Positions 59,646 through 64,000 of a stretch of DNA of 64,000 nt are shown piece after piece (the first letter of the stretch is position 1; the number at the start of each line of letters is the position of its first letter). The position numbers were made by a program, and so were the translations under genes. The stretch comes from Oscillospiraceae bacterium. GTDB lineage: Bacteria; Bacillota; Clostridia; Oscillospirales; Ruminococcaceae. The notes beneath the pieces were generated by a model. It did no database searches and had not been told where the DNA came from. It was given only the letters and a program-made list of their open reading frames with translations. Location of the stretch: positions 15,736-79,735 of the forward strand of contig JAVBRN010000002.1 in assembly GCA_031547945.1 (NCBI GenBank), read 5' to 3'.

Positions 59646-60999
59646 GCGCACGGTCGCGACGATGCTGGTTGTCGTGTTGTTTCTCGTCGGATTTGGTTTT
59701 TACATGGTTCGGTATTGTTTGCGGGGCGCGGACTGGGTCTCGTTTCCGGTGAATAGCCATGTCTACAACGAAGGGATTCTCGCCACTGGCTCGGTGGTAG
59801 ACCGCAACGGCGTGCCGCTCGCATTTATCGAGGACGGTGCGCGCGCGTATAACAGCAGCGGCAGCATCCGGCGCGCCACACTGCATGTTGTGGGCGACGC
59901 GGCCGGCAACATCGGCACCGGTATGCTGTCCGCTTATGATACCGTGCTGATGGGCTACAATATATTCGACGGCGTCTATTCGCTTTCACACGAGGGCAAC
60001 ACCGTGCACACAACGATTGACGCCGACCTCTGTGTCACGGCATATAATGCGCTGAACGGGCAAAACGGCGCGGTTGTGGTCTACAACTATGAGACCGGCG
60101 ATGTGGTATGCATGGTGAGCGCGCCCGGTTTTGATCCGACTGATCCGCCGGATTTAAGCGAAGACGAGAGCGGAACGGACTATGAGGGCGCCTATATCAA
60201 CCGCGCGATCTCTTCTACATTTACACCGGGATCGACTTTTAAGGCGGTGACGCTGGCGGCGGCCATCGAGACGGTGCCCGAGCTTTGGGAGATGCAGTTC
60301 GAATGTCCTGGTGAGATTACGGTAAACGGCGATGTGATTCGCTGTACGGCGGAACACGGCACGCTGGACATCAATGACGCGTTTGCGCGCTCGTGCAACT
60401 GCGCGTTTGCGCAACTGGCGTTGCGCGTGGGCGGCGAAACGATTCGGAAGTATGCGGAAAAAGCGGGTCTGCTTGATGCGTTTACGGCGAGCGGGATTCC
60501 GGTTGCGGCGGGCAGCTTTGCGGTTGCCTCGGAAGGCTCTTCCGATCTTGCGTGGTCGGGAATTGGGCAGTATAACGATTTGGTCAATCCGCTGGCGGCC
60601 GCGCGGTTTATGGGCGCAATCGCGTCGGGCGGCAGCGCTGTCGACCCGCGGCTTGTCTATAAAGTCACAACGCCTCTGGGCTTGCCGGCGGGTGCCTACG
60701 GTGCGGGCGCAAAGCACCGTTTCTTGTCAAAGGACACGGCCGAGACACTGAAGGCGATGCTGCGTTACAACGTGACCTCTTATTACGGCGACGGCCGGTT
60801 CTGGGGACTCAATCTCTGCGCAAAATCCGGCACTGCGGAAGTCGCGGAGGGCAAAACCCCGCACGCCTGGTTTATCGGCTTTATGGATGATCCCAACAAC
60901 CCCTACGCCTTTGCGGTTTTTGTGGAGCACGGCGGCTGGGGTGTTTCGGTGGCAGGCGAGGTCGCCAACCGCGTGTTACAGCAACTGGTGAACGGGTAA
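59629..60999 (+). CDS. class B penicillin-binding protein (PbpA-like transpeptidase)
   Basis: ORF 59494..60999. The ATG at 59629 (MKRLAKRTV, TM anchor) follows AAAGGGGAGA. Active-site motifs STFK, SCN (SxN) and KSGT. It overlaps the SEDS gene's 3' end. Confidence 0.9.
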   Translation: MKRLAKRTVATMLVVVLFLVGFGFYMVRYCLRGADWVSFPVNSHVYNEGILATGSVVDRNGVPLAFIEDGARAYNSSGSIRRATLHVVGDAAGNIGTGMLSAYDTVLMGYNIFDGVYSLSHEGNTVHTTIDADLCVTAYNALNGQNGAVVVYNYETGDVVCMVSAPGFDPTDPPDLSEDESGTDYEGAYINRAISSTFTPGSTFKAVTLAAAIETVPELWEMQFECPGEITVNGDVIRCTAEHGTLDINDAFARSCNCAFAQLALRVGGETIRKYAEKAGLLDAFTASGIPVAAGSFAVASEGSSDLAWSGIGQYNDLVNPLAAARFMGAIASGGSAVDPRLVYKVTTPLGLPAGAYGAGAKHRFLSKDTAETLKAMLRYNVTSYYGDGRFWGLNLCAKSGTAEVAEGKTPHAWFIGFMDDPNNPYAFAVFVEHGGWGVSVAGEVANRVLQQLVNG

Positions 61000-61019
61000 C
61001 TATTTTTTGCCTTAAACGA

Positions 61020-61060
61020 AGACGTAGATGCAAAGACATGCCTCGACGTCTCTTGTTTTG
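61020..61060 (+). terminator. possible terminator after the PBP gene
   Basis: Imperfect hairpin AGACGTAGATGCA..TGCCTCGACGTCT followed by CTTGTTTTG. Confidence 0.35.
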
Positions 61061-61528
61061 CACAACTCGCTCTTTCTAAAAAAATCACGCGGCGTCTCGA
61101 TATGGAAGATTGGATCTCTAACCGCTGATTCAATTGTTCGCGGTAGACTTTTATGTTTGTTTGACGCGATTCAAAGGGGCGACTGTCCCACGACCTGCAA
61201 AGAAAGTAAGGGCGCGGATTGGTTTTCTTTTAGGTTTGGGGGCTATTTTATGTTTTGAGGCGCAGAAATCGTGCAGGAATCGTAGGTCTGCCTGCAATGG
61301 GTGTACACAAGTCAGTAAATGGGCAACAGGAATAGCGTGAATATGGCAGCCACAGGTGCTATAAATCTGTACAGCAATGTTTGTGATGACATTCAGACGT
61401 GAATGGAACCAGTACAATAATATTGTTGCGTTATAAAGCGGTGTATGGGTATTACAAATATTTTCAAATAGTGGCAGGCAGCGGCAAATGGATATAGAAT
61501 AACAAAGTGGGTTTGGAGGAATATTACC

Positions 61529-62110
61529 ATGAAAAGAATGATTGGCATGTTGCTTATTTTATGCGTTGCGATCGGATTTGCGTCTTGCGCAAAAAAATTG
61601 CCCGACCCGGTTCCGGTCGCGGAAGCGTTTGTGAAGGGCTTAAAAGACCCCGAAGGCGAATTGGCGCAATCGGTGTTGCAGGAGACCGCGAAGGAACTGC
61701 ATATTACGGAGGAGGAAGAAGACGCGGCGCTGATGGCGTTGGTGCAGAAATACGTGGAAGCATTGACGGAGCAGATGCGGTTTACGGTCATGAAAGACCC
61801 AGTCGAACTCGACCAAAAAGAAAAGACCGCTGTCTGCGAGGTTTCGATTGATACCTTTAACAACGATTCGTACAAAGAGTTGTACGAGGCGGGCCTTCAA
61901 ACCTGGCTCGATGAAAATATGGCCAAGGGCAATATGCCGTCTGAACAAGAGAAACTGACGTTTGCGCTGGAACTGATGGCCGAGACGATGCGAGATCCCG
62001 CGCTGAAACGCCATATTTTTAATATGTACATTCTGTTGGACTATGACGAAGCGGCCGGCGCCTGGACGATCACAAACAAAAATGAATTCACGGTTGATTT
62101 TGTTATCTAA
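61529..62110 (+). CDS. hypothetical lipoprotein
   Basis: 193 aa. Signal peptide with lipobox IGFASC; acidic mature part; no family recognised. Confidence 0.7.
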   Translation: MKRMIGMLLILCVAIGFASCAKKLPDPVPVAEAFVKGLKDPEGELAQSVLQETAKELHITEEEEDAALMALVQKYVEALTEQMRFTVMKDPVELDQKEKTAVCEVSIDTFNNDSYKELYEAGLQTWLDENMAKGNMPSEQEKLTFALELMAETMRDPALKRHIFNMYILLDYDEAAGAWTITNKNEFTVDFVI

Positions 62111-62448
62111 AGCCGCAAAGACCAAGACGGTTGCGTTGGCAGCCGAGTTATACGCGGCCACAAACGGACAAACGATACCAAAAGTCGCCTTGTTAGTTCC
62201 GACCCCAACCAACCATTTTGGTATGGGGCATTCGTCATACCTGCTTAAAGGAAATAAAAGGCGACGGGGTGAAAAGCGCATAAGCGCCGCACCTGCGGCA
62301 CCCAACGGCTTTCTCAATTGTGTTTAGCGCCAACATGAGTTGTTGCTGGTAAAAGTCGTCAGATGCCAGTTCGTTTAAAGGCAAAGGGATTTTGAAAGAC
62401 GCAGTTCGCGATGATGTGCGAAGCACAGCGTTCCAGCAGAGCGTGCTT

Positions 62449-62697
62449 TCAGCCGTGCAAAACCCTGTCAAAAAGTGCACAAATGCCCGACGGTCTCAAA
62501 ATACCCGCCGCATCCCCCAAAATGTTGTGCCGATACTACGCTGGTTTCCGTTTGTCGATCTGTCGTTTCATCTCCGGGGTGTGAGGCGCATCCCACGTGA
62601 ATCGGGTGGCTGGAGCGGAAGGAATGGGTCGACGAACAACAAGCTTTGTCGTTTGACAATTCGATCAGGGACTTTTTTTGACACACGGAAGGCTCCC
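62449..62697 (-). repeat. copy of the palindromic intergenic element lacking one arm hairpin (copy R7)
   Basis: CAGCCGTGCAAAACCC..GCACAAATGCCCGACGG..GCCGATACTACGCTGG..GGGGTGTGAGGCGCATCCCACGTGAA..GGGTCGACGAACAAC..CGTTTGACAATTCGATCAGGGACTTTTTTTGACACACGG. The TTGGGGCTTCGCCCCAA block is missing. Confidence 0.65.
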
Positions 62698-62884
62698 GCA
62701 AAGCACAGCTTGCGGGAAAAGGGAAGCGCGGGCTTTTTTTAAGCCCTACGGATCAACGCGCGGCTCGTAGGGCCGCGGGGCGGGAATGATGAGATCGCTT
62801 CGCAATTGCTCCCTGTTCAGGGAAGATTTTGACCGACAGAACCAGGCGATACCATGTAGCCTGCTGTATCCAAAGGAGACCGCT

Positions 62885-63109
62885 ATGAAACCACCGATTC
62901 CATATGAAAAGCTGTCCAAACGGCAGCAACGCACCCTTGATCGACGGCGGCGCAATGACTGGGGACCATTTCGGCCGGTCACACGCGTTGTTAAAAACAA
63001 AAAGGGGTTTGACCGAACCCGGCAACGGAATGAAGATTCCACGCCGGGTTTTTTCATGCAACTGTTTTTTCGGGTGACGAATGAATGCTGCGCTTGCGGA
63101 CAGAAGTAA
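62885..63109 (+). CDS. small basic hypothetical protein
   Basis: ORF 62786..63109. The ATG at 62885 (MKPPIPYEKLSKRQQRTLDRRRRNDWG) follows AAAGGAG. 74 aa, Arg/Lys-rich. Confidence 0.45.
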   Translation: MKPPIPYEKLSKRQQRTLDRRRRNDWGPFRPVTRVVKNKKGFDRTRQRNEDSTPGFFMQLFFRVTNECCACGQK

Positions 63110-63317
63110 ATCATAAAGCGTTGCGCTTTTTTGCACTATTTATCGATGCCGGCACATATGTTTTTCACATGCACAAGGTTGCGGTTCTATTGCGATTTGT
63201 AGGGATTGCGTAATATTTTTTAGCAAATCACACAAACATTGTCGGGAATATTGCATCAGAATATACAACATGCTACAATATTCCCAGGGAGTGCATGCAT
63301 AGAAAGGAAAAGATGAG

Positions 63318-64000
63318 ATGGTAGTACGAACAGATCCTCAAATACAAGCTTGGGTGGATAGCTACGGCGATTGGTTCAATCGACCAGGTGCGCTTGACCA
63401 TGCGGCGATGACCGATGCATTATACCCATATGCGCACATGTTTTCGCCGATTCAGGTGAATCGCACGACAATTAAAAATCGTGTGGTGATGGCGCCGATG
63501 GGCAATATCAGTATGTGCGATGAGACCGGACGCCCAAATGACAAAATGCTGCAATACTTCTTTGCGCGCGCAAAGGGCGGCGTGGGTCTGATCACGACGG
63601 GTCTGGTGCCGGTAAGCCATAAGCTTGACAATTCGATCTCAGAGCTTGGAGATCTCACATATTTTCCGCGCATCGACCGTTCCCGCACGGTTCTGGCCGG
63701 CTGGCGCGACCTGGCACAGGGCGTGCACGCCTATGGCGCCAAAATTTTTGTGCAGCTGACGCCGGGTCTAGGGAGAGTGGGAAACCCACAGTGCCTGCTT
63801 ACAAAGCTGAAATTGCCCAACTCTGCGTCCTGGAACTCGAACTTTTATATCCCGCAGATTCCGTGCGCGCCGTTGAGCGGCGGCAAAATCCGTAAAATTG
63901 TCAAAAACATGGGACAGGGCACGGCCGATGCAAAGGCGATGGGGCTGGACGGCGCCTATCTGCACGGCCACGAGGGCTATCTGCTCGAACAATTCACCAA
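63318..64000 (+). CDS. NADH:flavin oxidoreductase, Old-Yellow-Enzyme / 2-enoate reductase family (5' partial, runs off the window)
   Basis: My own translation from the ATG at 63318. The ORF is absent from the track because no stop lies inside the window. MVVRTDPQIQ...FSPIQVNRTTIKNRVVMAPMGN...GGVGLITTG...AKIFVQLTPGLGR...GLDGAYLHGHEGYLLEQF are typical OYE N-terminal blocks. GAAAGGAAAAG lies upstream. Confidence 0.8.
   Translation, partial: MVVRTDPQIQAWVDSYGDWFNRPGALDHAAMTDALYPYAHMFSPIQVNRTTIKNRVVMAPMGNISMCDETGRPNDKMLQYFFARAKGGVGLITTGLVPVSHKLDNSISELGDLTYFPRIDRSRTVLAGWRDLAQGVHAYGAKIFVQLTPGLGRVGNPQCLLTKLKLPNSASWNSNFYIPQIPCAPLSGGKIRKIVKNMGQGTADAKAMGLDGAYLHGHEGYLLEQFT

Noticed and set aside
1-64000. 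tRNA, rRNA, tmRNA, RNase P, CRISPR-cas, integrase/transposase or prophage genes
   Set aside because: None was recognised on either strand. This absence rests on reading the sequence and the ORF track, not on a model-based scan.

Overview
This 64-kb chromosomal window comes from a moderately GC-rich Bacillota genome that looks Clostridia-like. That assignment is inferred from T-box leaders, a T7SSb-type EssC, ECF and LytTR/DUF3021 modules and class-1B PyrD/PyrK; no species can be assigned from the sequence alone.

Layout, left to right:
- (1) A visibly AT-rich left edge carrying a KAP-family P-loop NTPase.
- (2) A polar amino-acid ABC transporter (binding protein, permease, ATPase) and a cold-shock protein.
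- (3) A minus-strand branched-chain amino-acid supercluster, ilvN-ilvC-cimA-leuC-leuD-leuB-ilvE-ilvD-ilvB, behind a T-box leader. Upstream of it, leuA has its own T-box leader.
- (4) A mixed accessory stretch: ankyrin-repeat protein, DUF1801/YdeI, MsrAB, an acidic/basic membrane-anchored protein, LytTR+DUF3021, an ABC-2 exporter, an aldo-keto reductase, YihY, an ECF S-component with a divergent TetR, a COG3910-like ATPase, a low-GC orphan and DUF3842.
- (5) metY-metA, preceded by a short Met-codon-rich leader ORF and an intrinsic terminator.
- (6) A T7SSb core (EssA-like, EsaB/YukD-like, EssB, EssC) with no WXG100 or EsaA gene in cis.
- (7) A minus-strand pyrimidine cluster, pyrC-carA-carB-pyrK-pyrD-pyrF-pyrE-pyrB-pyrI, broken up by very long non-coding spacers.
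- (8) An FHA-RodA/FtsW fusion with a PbpA-like class B PBP, a lipoprotein, a small basic protein and the 5' part of an OYE-family flavin oxidoreductase running off the right edge.

I recognised no rRNA, tRNA or CRISPR array.

Most noteworthy non-genic signals:
- A roughly 290-bp palindromic intergenic repeat family that behaves like a MITE. It has at least 7 full, deleted or half copies.
- The Met-rich leader peptide, a candidate attenuator.
- A 12-bp minisatellite and a 130-bp tandem array, each sitting inside a biosynthetic gene cluster.

All coordinates of non-ORF features were derived by eye and are approximate to a few nt. GC statements are visual impressions, not computed values.
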